A stretch of 63,443 nucleotides of DNA, filler included, from Choristocarpus tenellus KU-1152 (taxonomy: Eukaryota > Protista > Phaeophyceae): the NCBI GenBank assembly GCA_964200185.2. It is 10 parts of 10 records of this genome, joined end to end, with 100 filler letters (N's around TTAATTAATTAA, not from the genome) between each part and the next. Parts side by side here need not be neighbours in the genome. Positions count along the whole stretch, not along the records: positions 1 to 21,626 come from CAXNAD020000331.1; 9 more parts are not named here. One strand, written 5' to 3'. The notes under the pieces were generated by a model. It was not told where the DNA came from. It saw nothing but the letters and a program-made list of their open reading frames with translations, and did not search any database. The translations under genes were made by a program, and so were the position numbers. Below, one piece after another: positions 1 through 13,300 of the stretch. The first letter of the stretch is position 1. Each line of letters begins with the position of its first letter.

Positions 1-257
1 GGGGTCCTCTTTGTTCTAGTACCCCTCTCCTTGTTACCCCCCCTCCGGTTTCTTCTCCAATTCAATACTGACCATCCCTTCATTCCTCGTGCCTCTGCCT
101 GCCCCTTAATTCTTTAACCTCCCAACTGTTCCTTAACTCTTCGTACATTCTTTGTTGATTCTTCTATTCTTTCTTGTCCCCTTCCTTGCCCCATGCGCCC
201 CAACCAACCAGAATTCTTCCGCCCACAAAACTCAGATTACTTCATAAACTTTCACTT

Positions 258-575
258 TTTCACATATATGACATTTTATTTCTTTAGGGCTTATACTGAC
301 AATATGTACAGTTTTCATTGGTTTCCCCCCTGATACATCTACAAAATGTTAGAGGGCATAATTATGACTGAGAAGTATACTCTTTTCTTGCGTTTATTAC
401 AAGTTTTGTTCCCTGAACTTCCTATGAAATACAAAAAATAGGTAATAAAACAATAACTTAATAATGAATACTATCAAACTCAGTATTTTATTTCCTTCGG
501 GCTTATACTGACATATGTATAGTTTTCATTTGTTTCCCCCCTGACACATCTCCAAAATTTCAGAGGGCATAATAA
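258..575 (+). repeat. Two copies (~258-366, ~485-575) of a ~100-bp dispersed repeat ending in a stem-loop plus GAGGGCATAAT; probable LINE/SINE 3' tail
   Basis: TTTCTTTAGGGYTTATACTGAC...CCCCTGACACATCT.CAAAAT.TCAGAGGGCATAAT recurs at ~16147-16262 (+) and ~24629-24685 (-, end of contig B). Confidence 0.8.
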
Positions 576-1099
576 TTGAATTATAATTATAGAGATCGAA
601 TGAATAAAAAATCGATATTCGTGATGGTCGTTACAACGACGTTGGAAGTTGGGGCTTCGTTTTTTCCGTTCTTTTTAAAGAAAAAGTGCTCATATTGGGG
701 TTCCGAATCCTGGATTGTACGTCGTCAAGAGTGGAAACAGATGTACTATTACTTGATTAAAGTACACACTAACATTACAACTGTACCACTACGTGACGTT
801 GAGGATGTTTTGGTTTACGATTATTTATTTGGTTTGTTTTGCTCACGAATTCTGGATTATTATTATTTTATTCTATGTTTGCATTCCTCCCTATTCGCTT
901 TCCTCCCCACCTCTTATCAACCCTTCTGACCAACCAGTGCGACCTCTTTGCCACTGATTTCCAGTCCCCCCCACATCTGATGACCAACCAGGGTCAATCC
1001 CTTTCGCCACTGATTTCAGTGGTGTGTAGGGGGGGAGGTCTTGACTAGGTTTAGTGGTGGGTAGTGGGGGTGAGGCCAAATGTAGGATGATTGCCTGTC

Positions 1100-1850
1100 G
1101 GATATCATGCGAGATTTATGGTTGGGGTAGATATGTTACAGACGAATAGGGCGAGTATTTCTTTCCGCATTCTAACAAGCGCGAGCAGTATACACGCATG
1201 AGGAACCTTTGAAAGAGGCACTCTGATTTGCTAAAGGTTGCAGAGTAAGATCTGTAACTTGGGAATGTTGCAACTGTTTTGACACGTATTCCAACTTCTG
1301 TTAGCCAAAACAAATAAAACGCAAACGATAAAAGAAATAAAGAGCACTGCTTAAAATACAGCCCTCCCAAGACACTTCTTATATTTGATGCAATTTGCCC
1401 ATTGATGTTAAAAATGAGAAGTACCTCCTGTTCGACTAACCTGCCACGTGTCGGACATCTAGACTGCTGAAGTATCCTGAGAGGCTTGCACGAGCATCAG
1501 CATCTTCTATAGGCTTGTGGGTTGGAGCAATACATCCTGTGGAGGTAAGCTTCTACAGAGTGCTGTAACAGATATCAGGTATATGTCGATCAGTGATTGA
1601 CTGCATTGTTCCCGCTGCCAATTATTGTTCATCCCAAGTCGTTTGTGACGAAATCGAACAGTGAGGGCTCGTCGTACGATGAGATGAATAGGTTTTTACT
1701 TCGTGAAAGGGTCACAGGTGGAGGATCCCGGCTAGTAATGGGATGGATACTAGGCATAGACCCGTGTAAATCAAATGTCCTCCCAAAACGGTTTGTCGTA
1801 GTCATTATGCTCCTTTAGCTACAAGCTGGGATATTACTTGGGAATAGTAA
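1100..1850 (-). mobile_element. Degenerate LINE reverse transcriptase fragment (APE-type clade)
   Basis: Frameshifted minus-strand translation gives 'FNINGQIASNIRSV' then 'EGCILSSALYFF', resembling the RT motif GVxQGCxLSPxLF. Many stops. A stretch at ~3725-3790 (GTCGTCAAGTATACTGGATCTCTCACTT) matches ~52010-52070 in the LINE of contig H, so the relic may extend to ~4200. Boundaries approximate. Confidence 0.5.
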
Positions 1851-4847
1851 GTATACAAAGGTATGAATACCAGACCAGCCCATATTATAGGGGGGTCGGT
1901 AGGTGGGGTGATTGCCAAGAAAGTTAAAATTATGTTTACGATGTATTACAAGTTATGTACTTCGTCATCTTTGCTACAAGCATTATCATCCGGTGTCCAT
2001 AGTGAAAGAAATTGATTACAGGAGCACATCGTATGGTGGCCAATAGTGGGATGATCAGTTCGAGTCGATCACAAGGGGGGGGACTCGTGGTAGAAAAGAG
2101 ATGGGTATATGCATCAAATGGTTATAGTTGTGCTAAGTGAACAATAGTAACCTGTACAGCTCAAAAGGGGGATAGGGAAGGAGGGAGAGTGAATGGTGTA
2201 CTCCTTTGATACCACGAACATCTCCAGTAGTTTGAAGTGAGTACGGGGTTGCAAATGGATGTGTCTAGATTGAGGAGGGGACACATAAAAATACTATACA
2301 TTAATTCATCTCCCTCAAAACAAGGGGAGGGGGAGGGGGGAAAAAGGATAGTAACAGTAGAGCCAATGGACAGGTTGAATAAAAGTGAAAAAGACAAAAT
2401 AATTGAGTAGGGATAGTTGGACTGTTTAAGCTTGGCCTCTGAACCATCTAAGAGCAACACGTATCTCGCTCATTCCACCAACATAATGTCAACAAAACCT
2501 TCTCACGTCCCAGACAACTCACTGGTAGCTGTTGCCAGGACCAAAAGGATACATGTATACCACTATTTGTGGGACCGTGGAGCTGAGAACACAGGTATGA
2601 CATGGATATCCGATTTAGGTGATATTCAAGAGCCTTCCAAAGTGAGAGAACTTAAAATTCTAGAACGAGAGAATGTGTGGGGGGGAAGGAGATAATTTGG
2701 TTAGTGCTCATAAAGCCAGTCCAGAGCCTTCCAAGAGATTAGTACGGTTTCTAATTCATGTCGTCAAGTAGCACACTTCAAGGTGCAAACAAACTACATG
2801 AATATACAGACGTGAGGGGCAGTATATGTCAAATATGTGGAGACACCGATGAAAGATAAGGGAGCCACCAGGGTTGGGGATACAATGAGTGTCTGTAGCT
2901 GGGAACTGAGGTATAGACTTTGTGAAAGGCATAGCCTGGAGTGGTAGAACCCAATAGCAAGTATAAGGGACACTAAGATGATGCGATACCTCCATGACAT
3001 AAGGATATTAAACTAGAGACTGGCTATTTAAGGGGGAGTTTTCTTTATTTTTCACTATAGGGAGACATGTGGATGTTATTAATCTACAATAAATTAAGCG
3101 AGTCAACTGGTCCCACGAGTCTGCTCTGGGCTTTATTTTCGGCAGCTGATGTACCCTGTGGGATCACACCAGGAAGAATGTTGATTGGGCAAACTAGCTG
3201 GAGAACGGTTTCAGAGGGCATAGATTTTCAAGGGCAAGGGAAAACGTTAGCCAGGACTGATGGCGGAGTAAGAGGTTTTGAGGATGAAGATTAATACCTT
3301 GAAGTCTTAAATTGAATATATTTGTACTTCTTGACTTCCTGTACCACTGAGCAAAGCATTTATATCTGCTTCACACATAGCAAATATATATTATTTTTCC
3401 ACCATTGGCCATATCAGCTCTTGTTGACAAAAAGTGGTAACACTGCCAATCACGTAAGTTTTATGTGTGTGGATGAGTAACATTGGTCCACTCACAACAT
3501 TTCTTTACAACAGAGGGACATCATCTGCTATGCACTTCAGATTATTCCTTTTGAGCTTTTGTTGTATCATGCTACTTGGGAAGAATATACGAGTGAGAGC
3601 CGAAAGAAAGAGAGGGTAGATATTAAAGAATGATCAGAGCATTAATTGTTATAAAACGCTCAGCAAGCTTACCATGATGGGATGTGCAGCTCCAATCCAT
3701 AAGAATACATGTGAACAATGAAGGTCGTAGAAGACTCCATGATGCACATGTCGTCAAGTATACTGGATCTCTCACTTCGATTATTCACTTCACAAGTACC
3801 ATCCTCAGGTTGTATACAGAACTAACAAAGATAAATCCCCTCAATGGGGCATGATAATAAATAAATAATAAATAAATACAAAGTTGAGATCCCCTCCTTT
3901 TCAGACCAGAATCGAGGGCTTTGCCTAACAGTCACAGTTAGTAACCTGAGAATGGATAGAATTGCCGGATCAGATTCACCATTGTCATGCTGTACCAACA
4001 GCATTGGGCAGGTCTCAAATTAGTACATTTCTGCTTGAACAGGTAAGAGATTGTCCTTCTTCCCCAGTCAGATGGTGTCCTATGCATTTTGCCATGCATC
4101 ATAAGGAGTACTACCTGCTCAAGCATTCTTTGCGTATAGAAGGTCTCTCATGCCCTATTTCTCTTGTAGAGAGATAAAAATATGTTCTGTAGCATCCACC
4201 ATGATGATTGTAAGTAAGTTGTGGGTAAGCTGCATACCGTAACAGGAGGAAGAGAATGAAGGGCTTTGGACAATGAACAACCAAAAATAAAAAAATAGCT
4301 ACCCTCCAAAATATTGAAAATCAGCCCCCTCCTTTGGTCTTCTCCGTATAATAATTCAGTGTGTCTATTTGAGGGTGGTGGTAGGGATCGACTGATGGGG
4401 CAGCATTTTTCCCTTTATTTTGTTCCTTGCTGCCCATGTGCGTATACGTCTGAGATACAGCTGCAGCAACATTTATACGGAGCAGTTGCATGTGTGGTGA
4501 CTAAAACTAAACAGGATATTTATTATCCTCAGAGCAAGCGTTCCTTGCCATTCAGGAGTATAGACAGTGAGCTTGTGTTCTTCTGTTTAGCAAGCAGGGA
4601 GGTTTCTATTCAATTCAACTATATTGACTATGTTGTCATCATAGTATATAGTGCTCTACATTGCATGCTACTAGCAACCTGCATGGGCCAAGGTGTCACA
4701 AATGTGACCATCAACGAGGTGGGAGGTTGCAAACAATAATTGGATTTGGCAAAATTGAATGGTGCGCTGTGGTCATACAGGGGAGATTCATTTATAGTAG
4801 GAATAGAGTTGATTGTCAAAATGGATTCTTATCACTTTGCTCTCTCA

Positions 4848-7280
4848 TCATTCCCCATGCACAGCAGCACCCAGGGATGCAGGAATCAGTGGCGTTTCCA
4901 CCTGTAAGTATCTCGTTTCATTCCTTACAGTGGCTTCCTTTCTGAAGCACAGACTGTATAGCAAGACGTTGCGATACAAACTGCGAGCGACAAACTCTGT
5001 TATCTTGGCCACGTCATGGATGGAGAAGAGACACCTAAATGACCCCGAAGATTCATCCACAGATTCACCACATTCCTGTTGCTTGTCTCCTTCTCTTCCA
5101 GTACTCACCAGAGTTGTACCCTCAATTCTCTCTCCTTCTTTTCCACCCTTCACTTCCGCAGTAACATCATCCTCAAGAGTGCGCTGGCCTAAATTCCTCG
5201 AAAATTCCTTCTGCTTGAAGCTGTGACCTGCTAGAGCCAGTATTTGTGCAGTGAAGGCTTCAAATGGCTCCTCTATTGACCTCTTCCCTTGCACCACACT
5301 GGCCTCAAACACAGAGCGCGTGATGGTGTGGAATGCAGCGGACTGTTCCAGTGTAAAGCCTTGTTCACTGCAGAACATGAGATTGAGGTAATAATACTCA
5401 GTAGTAATCTTCTCCTTAACCGTTTTCCCAGGGTATGATATCCCCATGAAACCTGCCAGTAGGCTGTGGGTTAGGGAGAAAAGGGAATGTTATTATAAGG
5501 TGTTTGTGAGTTGTGTTTGTCTATGTTTGTTGGTGTCTTGAGCTGTATGCCTGTATGCCAAGTCCAGATCAGTATTGTGGTAATATAGATGAAAAGCTTT
5601 CATAATGCCATTTGTGTACTGTTTAATGAAAAAATATTGTAGGTATGCCTTCGCAGTTATTGTCGAGCTTAATTCCCTTTCTCGGTACCATACACAATGT
5701 GGGTCGTTGTATGGTCTTTAAATTGCTCTACGGTTTCAGAGACACTTGAAACTTTCTATTGTGAAGATGTTCGGAAAAATGACGAATATCCAAGAGTCCA
5801 TCTTCGTGGTTGGGTTGGTGGCGCTGACTGCAGCAGCAGTGATGCCGTCATTCAATGTCCAATAATGATGCCTATAGGCGAGTGTCAGCCTGGACTGGTA
5901 TTACCCAGTTATTTCGTCATGCGCTTGTGCTGATGTGCTTACCCTCTGGCACAAGGGTAACAACATGGACACCTGATGCCAACGTCCTGGTTCTGCATCA
6001 AGTAATAGTGCAAACACTGGCTGACCGCAAGATGGACTTCTAGGGATGGTATCTGTTTTACTGGTTCCGGGGGCTATGTAGCTTCCCACCTGTCAACCCC
6101 TTGCCACACTGACTCTGTGGTACGCTGGAGCTAAGAGTAGAAAGTTCTGTGTTGAGTACCAGATCAGGAATGAGGTTGACCCCATGGGTGCAACAAGTTT
6201 CAAATCGGACTTTGATTAGCAGGTGTGAGATTTCGTGCTAGACCAACTTGTTGCTCCAGCTCCTTGTGCGGTTAAGATGTAAACCTATGGGACTGGCGTC
6301 GGAAACGTTACACCGTCGTAGTCCACCTAATATTGACCGATGATTGCGTCCAGTCAGCGGGGGATGTGATAGGTATGAGTGTGTGGATCAATGTATGTGT
6401 ACAGAGTCTGCACGATGGAACTGTAGTAGAGGGCCGCAGCAAATGCCTTTCCAGAGTCCGTTACTGTCTCTCTAGAACTTTTGAGAGGATACCTACTCAC
6501 GATCCTACGAGATCGAAATGTTGGCGATGGATTATGGAAAGCAGATTTAAACCTCCAGCTCTTTTCCTGTTGATGTGCCACCAAGCAACGAGATCTATCT
6601 TTGCAACCCGCCTAAAGAATTCAGTCGGCTCTGGCGAGTCTACTACATCTATGACCTCTTACATTGCCCACAACAAAGACATGTTATCCACCTGCTCTAT
6701 GGTGGGGCCAAATAATTGTTGTGGGTTGACCTGCACCATGAATGTAGACCAAATGGGAAGAGAAGGTTCCAGGCGTCGAGGAGCAACTTCCTTGTCCTAC
6801 ATCGCACTCAGGTCTATAGGTGAGTACGGTGAACCCGAATTCACAAGTACCCCCGCCATATGTGCTTGGACGTATACGCCCCTGCTCTGACGTGCGTCCA
6901 TGACTTCGTAACTATTGATGTTTGGACCGAAGTTGATGCCCGCAATGTGTAGGAGTTACTTTCTGTAAACAACTTGGGTTGGTTGAGAGTGCATCTTCTC
7001 CATGAAGAGGTGTATCCTCACCCCCTGAAGGTTCACCTCCCCCTGTTTGAGCACTTGTACGACTGTCGTATTCACCCTTACTTAGGGTGAAGAAAGATGA
7101 GTCGTTGAAATGACCAAATGACATGTCCGATATGATAAATTGGTTTAGAAGATGTGACTGATAACTACTAATAGGGACACTACTCGTGTTCTCTCCTTAC
7201 TTGATCTGTCGTTCTGGATTCTCCTCTTCATAGACAAGTCCCAATTGTTCCTTGGTGAGGTCTTCCCACAACTTCTCCAT
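4848..7280 (-). CDS. Flagellar central-pair C1a complex subunit C1a-32 / CFAP119 / CABCOCO1-family protein, 2 exons (7280-7201, 5463-4848), 231 aa
   Basis: Exon 1 MEKLWEDLTKEQLGLVYEEENPERQI ends AA|gtaag. Exon 2 starts cacag|C-CTA-CTG, which restores the frame (N-L-L-A-G-F-M); total 696 nt. Family-like motifs: 'EYYYLNLMFCSEQGFTLEQSAAF', 'FEAFTAQIL', 'FSIHDVAKITEFVARSLYRNVLLYSLCF', 'VETPLIPASL'. Confidence 0.85.
5700..6900 (-). mobile_element. Degenerate RLE-type non-LTR retrotransposon fragment inside the 1737-bp intron of the C1a-32-like gene
   Basis: Minus frame 'AGGLNLLSIIHRQHFDLVGS*VGILSKVL' resembles the post-RT 'GGLGL...S.GS....L..VL' segment of RLE LINEs. Cys/His remnants near 5900-6000. 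Multiple stops; boundaries approximate. Confidence 0.45.
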
Positions 7281-7436
7281 ACTTTTGCTTTTTCTCGTTT
7301 TGCAAACAATATTTCAAGCACGTTTTGTAATTAAGAACACGTTAGGAGTTTCAGATACATGCCAATGCCTTCTTGCGTTTTATGAAGAAGAGATCCTTTA
7401 AACTCACCCTTCTTGTTCTTCACAAAGAGTTGGACG
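7281..7436. promoter_or_regulatory. Putative compact bidirectional promoter / 5' UTR region
   Basis: Only 156 bp separate the divergent ATGs at 7280 (-) and 7437 (+). Confidence 0.6.
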
Positions 7437-8303
7437 ATGAATCCTGAGGCGGAACCAAGGGGATGGGATAGGTTTCGTTCATTCACCAGAGACCTCAACA
7501 AGGTACCTTGCTTGAGAAATTCTCTTATGTGGGGCATCATGACGGGAACACTCATGGGAATGCACAAGTTCAGAGTGGGAAGTGAGTAGTATAGATTTGT
7601 TGTCAAATTGATCTTCACCTTCCTCTACGCCCTCACTATGTACTCCATGGACAACTTTCAACACTGAATTATACTTTAGCTGAGTCTCCCGAAGTTCATT
7701 GAACCTTCATTTAGACACTCATTGCATACCCTCTGCCATCTTCCTTCCCAGGACCTATCCTGAACGCTTGCGATGCTGCCGTGATAACTTTCGGCGTTGC
7801 ATCAGCCTTTTCATGGTAAGTAAGGCATAGGGTCAGTGGGAAGGAAAGTATGTTTCTATTTCCAAGGGAGTGAAAAAAAAGTTGACAAAGTAGTTGATTG
7901 GGAGGCTAAAGGTTTATGACGATCAATGTGCTTTCCTCATCCTGTCCTTGACTCATGGCTTCCGTCGATGCTTCAACTTTTGCATGATATAGGTAGAGGT
8001 CGCCTATTGTTATTGTCATCCTTATAGAAGGGTATGCCTGTGTGTGTGCAATATCGCTGTTGTCATAGATGTTGATGAACGCCTCTCGTCCCTGACACCG
8101 CTTCGGAACATAAGGCCTACTAACTGTCTCAAGACCAACCAACTTAGTACTTAGATCTGAGTATTTCTTTGGCACCACTTGCCACTTATCTTACACCACT
8201 AAGGTTCGCGTGCAACCGGGAGCTGAGGGAGAAGCAGCTGTTATTGGAGGATGCTCTTCATAGACAAGGGGTGAAGAAGGAGCCGAAGGGTGGTATAAAG
8301 TAA
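7437..8303 (+). CDS. COX20: Cytochrome c oxidase assembly factor COX20 (FAM36A), 3 exons (7437-7581, 7752-7815, 8204-8303), 102 aa
   Basis: Spliced with canonical GT-AG in consistent phases (145+64+100=309 nt): MNPEAEPRGWDRFRSFTRDLNKVPCLRNSLMWGIMTGTLMGMHKFRVGRPILNACDAAVITFGVASAFSWFACNRELREKQLLLEDALHRQGVKKEPKGGIK*. Has the PC-R-SL-xG motif, two short TM segments and WxxC typical of COX20. Confidence 0.88.
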
Positions 8304-10329
8304 TTTCCCCGAACATTCCCGGGTTCTTTTGGAACGACATACCTGGGTTTTCGCAGCACCACTGATGCCTTGCCGCCACTTATCTATGCCCTGGCCTTAT
8401 CTCATAGAGTAGGTACAAGTAGTGTCGAGGGATATGTTGGGTGGTGGGCAACTGGGTCACCAGGGTATGGCAATATTCCTGCCATGCCCTGGTGCAATAC
8501 AGAAGTGGACATAGCACTCTGCTGCAAGGTTGCTGAAGAACAAATATGTGATATTGGGGGCAAAACCCAAGATTAAAAAGAGCATTTAGTCTCTATTGGG
8601 AGCCTGTTTGGATGTCTTACAGAATCATGCCACCTTACCCTGCAAAGTGCTGGACTGGAGTGAGCAGGAGATGCGACTGTTTATAGCAACATTAAGGCCA
8701 TGAGCTGTTGCCTATGACTGCAATGATATGGGCCCTCTAAAGTCGTTGCTGCTTGGTGCTGCATTACTTGTAAATGATCTTGCATGGTGCACACACCTCC
8801 TTCCAGGATACCTGAACTTGTTGAAAGGAGAAGGGGTGATTCCTACAATGCTACCATGGGAAGTCTTGCCTCTCGTAAGGGGCCTACACTGTTGTCCCTA
8901 CTCCAACTATGAGGTGCTTTGGGGACAGAAAGAAACCTCACATTGTTTCCTTGGGGCCTGCTACTGCTTGTACTGTAACGCATGCAGTGAAATTGTGGTG
9001 TGTAGATCCATTTTTGATCAGTCTCCTATGCAACTAGTGATAAATGCTGCTCCTATTGCAATAGCTATGTGTGCAGTTGCTCAAGGATAAGTTTGTTCCC
9101 AACTTCCTAAAGCACCGTATACATAACTAATCTGTGAGTACGCTGCTTGGCGCTGGCACAGGTTGGAATATCTCCGATTTCCTTTCTGATAGAACGTTTC
9201 TCCTTGATATGACAGTGCCAATGTATTTTTGAGATTTGGTTTGGTTCGATTCTGTACGTCATTTCTATCCTCAAATACTACAAAGAAGAAAGAAAAACAC
9301 CAGTAGTTCTGCACGCAAAAGCACATCACACTTGATCTCTCAGCCCAGGAAATCTGTCGAAAGTGTTTCATAATCATATCGCAAGACTGAACAGGAGTTA
9401 GACTGTGGCAAGAGACCCAAGAAAACAAACATAGAATCCTATGTGGAGTAGGTGCATACTATTTGACAAGGATATCGAGACCAAACAGACTACAAAAAAT
9501 ATATATTTTGGGGATGTATTAAAGAAGGCATGTTCGAGTATTGTGTTTAATACATGTCAATCATGACAGGGGTGTGGGGGGGATAGTTCCACTATTCAAA
9601 GGGATGTGATGTTTGGGGTCTGCCTTACTGTTGAGGCCTTGAACGATTTTGTATGGTCAGGCCAGTGATGCTACCGATAACCAGAGTGGAAAGGTAACGT
9701 TTTTATGCTAATATTTTCTATGAACAATAATTCATGTTTTCCAGTAATCGTAACTTGATGTAACATTAAATGTGCTGTTGTAACCGTGTCGCCAAAGCAA
9801 ATAATGGATGCATTTGTTCTCAAGTCGCGAAATCTTGTTCTCCTCTAGCATTGTTGTACACAACACTGATGCACCATTTTCCCACCTCACGGATATAACA
9901 TAGTAAAACACCTCTTCAACGTATGCATACTTACTTTTTCCACCTTTAATTATTTATCTACCCCTCTACTTGCACGGCACAAGAAGAGTTGTTTCAACTA
10001 GGCCGACATCACATTTGCTCAAACAAAAGTGTATCAATGAGGCCTCCAATAAATTATTTATTTTGATCATTTTGTGAAGCAATAGTGTATGTACCCAAGC
10101 ACGATACCTTTCCCAGCATTTTACCAGACATAGTGCTTCTCACAACTCAAGGCAAGACCGCATTTTGGTTCACTCTTTCGTGACATGCATATTTGGTGCA
10201 GAGAGTTATCCCCTTCATCAAACAAAAGCACAACCTTTCCCAAACTTGACGTTCGATGATCGCACAAACACACGTGTGGAAAATTCAGCGTTTGGGCGAT
10301 CATCTGACTTGTCCAACCTGCCTCACTCA

Positions 10330-13300
10330 GGCTATAAACACATATGGCACATTTTGTTCACTGCACTTGTTCCAAGATAGGAAAGACGTGATAGGATTCC
10401 AGGCAGATAATAGGCATCACTCCCACCACTGAGAAGGCATAAATTTGTAGTCGACTCGTGATGTCCGCAGTTCTTCTTCCAATCAGAATGCTTAAGATTA
10501 ACCTCCAGCTTCGACTTCCCCCCTCCCAATTCTCTTGCAGACATAAAGAAAAAACTATATTGTTTACCCTAGAAAAACGTGTTCACTTTTCTATGTGATG
10601 AAACAACCATCAACACCCACACTCCCATGTACCACATTCTTGTGTTTGAAAATAATTATCTTTATCCAATCATCCAAGCCACAAAAAATTACAGCCATTC
10701 TTCCCCCACTACTACTCTCTTTCCTCTCATCCAAACTTGTGACATCTTTCAATTGACAAATTGTTGATTCTCACTTTCCATGACAAGGCTTTAGCTAAGA
10801 CACAGAACAGTCAAGCACCCAACCACCTTGTGCACAACCTACATATTCAAGTATTTGAAATCTGAAAGGATCCCACTGTTGCAGTTTTCATGATCGAAAA
10901 CATCTCCAAACATTTCAAACGCAGACAAAGCACCTTGTGAGCACAGAATATAGCTGTTCTAGAGCAAAGATACGCACAGATATATCTCACTCCACACAAA
11001 GCCATCTCCCACTACTCCAGTAGCAGTGCAGAAGCGAGACATGTGCTCGACTGAACCACTACACTGGGCCTCACCATGTCTTCAGTTCAAATCACTCTAC
11101 GTCAAACCTGCACCAGCACAGCAAATACATACATAGTTCTTGCCAGAAGGTCGTGTACCCCCAAAAGTACTCAAACAAGACATGCCTACATATATTTATC
11201 TTTCGGTTGCCCTCTTAATTGGTTGTACAGTAGAATGAAAACCCTGAGATCAGACTCAATCTGGTACAAGCTGGGCATATCGATCTTCAACATGTTCCCT
11301 GTGAGCGTGTACAAAGCGTTTTCGTCTCTGCATCGACCACATTTTGTCGCCCAATTTGTCGATATTCCTTGCTTGTTCTTCCATCTCGACCTCTGCTGGA
11401 GTCAACACAAGCAAGATCACCACCTTGACACACACAGGAACAAGGGGCAAGGGCATGCACACAATCAGGTATTTTGTACGTGAGGAGGCATTGGGTAGAG
11501 CCTATGTGGTTTATCAGGTGGTGGTGCTGAGGGGTGGGTTTGAGGTTGAGTGGATGGGATGGTACATATGAAATATCAAGTCAGTGAGAAATATGTTGTG
11601 TATTGTTTTTCTAAAGAGTATCCAGCATGATACCTCTGATCATCTGTCAGGACAGCCAAAATGACATATCATATATACATAATAAAAGAGGTTGAAGAGA
11701 AACATATTATGACTCTTTGAAGTGCCCACAATATTTGGTAACAAAAACCTGTACTTGAAACAATTCCTGACACAAAGATAAGCCCATGTTTTGAAGCATC
11801 ATAGAGAATATCACTGTAGTAAAACAAAATCGCACATTCAACACGATTGTAGTAGCATTGAAGGGCAGCTCGTCCAGCACAGATGTCAGTGGTGAAGCAA
11901 CACTTTTGTCTCCCACATACCCCAGTCCCAGCCTGTTGGGAAAGGTGACCCTCACCACACTGCCCTCACATTGCCCCACAAGTTCCTGCCACATCCCAAC
12001 ATAGAAAATGTGTTCGACAAAAAAACCCGGTGTGTGCAACAAATAAGCAAGAGTATCAGCATGGGCAAGATTCTGGGAAATGCTGGCAAATCAGACAACC
12101 TTCAACACATTCCACAAATTACTTGCATAGCGTGTGCACCCTGGTCTCTACATACCTACTCTGTATAGCTCTACTCTTAACAGCAGAATCATAAAGGAAC
12201 CTTAAGAGATTCAAACTAAATATATCTCATTGCAAATGGGCTTTTGCCTTGCTCAGAACGAAAAAAGTGAACATACTTTAAGTCAACTACTACATTGGTG
12301 GGATTCCTAGATCTGTCTTATCACATTTAATGGAAGGAGTCACACAATCATAATCCTATAATCCATCAAACTGAGGCTGTCCACAACACCCAGGGCAAGG
12401 AACGCTTGTCAAAACATACCCTTCATATGTGGAGGTTTGAAGCACCCAGACCGTGCATGCCATTACCCTATCAAAAAGGAGTATTTCGTACTTACAACAA
12501 CAATTGACCAACAGAGGTTTCCACTCAACTCAATTGAAGAGTTGTGTCACCAGAGGTCTTATCACATCATACCAAGAATTAGCAATTAAAAAAAAAAATC
12601 TTCCATCCAATGAAGCTCAGTTCTTGCCTGCCCCTGTAACTCACTCTATTTGAACCAAACAAACCTGTTCCAATTCTGGGAGCATTGAACCGGATCCCAA
12701 CGTGAAGACATGCAAGGTGTCGAGAGAAGGCAAGAGATGCCTGCCTGGGACTTGAAACCTTTCACAGGTGACGAACAATTTGCCTGGAGTCAGGGGTACA
12801 AATCATGTACGAGGAAGGATGCATGTCAACACAGAGTGGTTGCTCAAATGTTGGAGGTAGGGAGTCAAAGTGAGCAGCAGTCTATGTGCTCAAAGCATCA
12901 CCTGGAGGTGGCCTTCACATGCCAGCATTCACTAACCATGTTGTCTGAAGATATGACTACCCTCCAGAACTGCATGCTACAGCCGTAGAAAGGAAACAAA
13001 AGAAGTCACTGTGGTGTGAGTCTGTTTGCTGTGGATCTACAACTTTAGAAAATAAGAATAATATAACACCAGAAGACAGTAGGGTACTCATGCACCACCA
13101 ATACAACCTGACCATTTATTTACATACTTACAGCACATTGCCTCTTATTCCTTTTCCACAAGTACATTATTTAATGGATGATATGTGAATGGGTGCAAAA
13201 CTAGAGGGCTTTGTCCTTTGTCTAAACGAGCAGGAAGTGCAAAGGAAAATTCTTGACGAAAATATAAATATCTCTTGTAGTCCTTGAGAATTTGAAGGGA

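Noticed and set aside
925-1025. CTGATGA-containing short direct repeat as a hammerhead ribozyme
   Set aside because: No GAAA after the putative helix II and no consistent helix I/III; only a ~36-bp imperfect duplication.
8560-9090. Possible DIRS-type RT/RNase H remnant
   Set aside because: Resemblance is too faint; no intact diagnostic motif.
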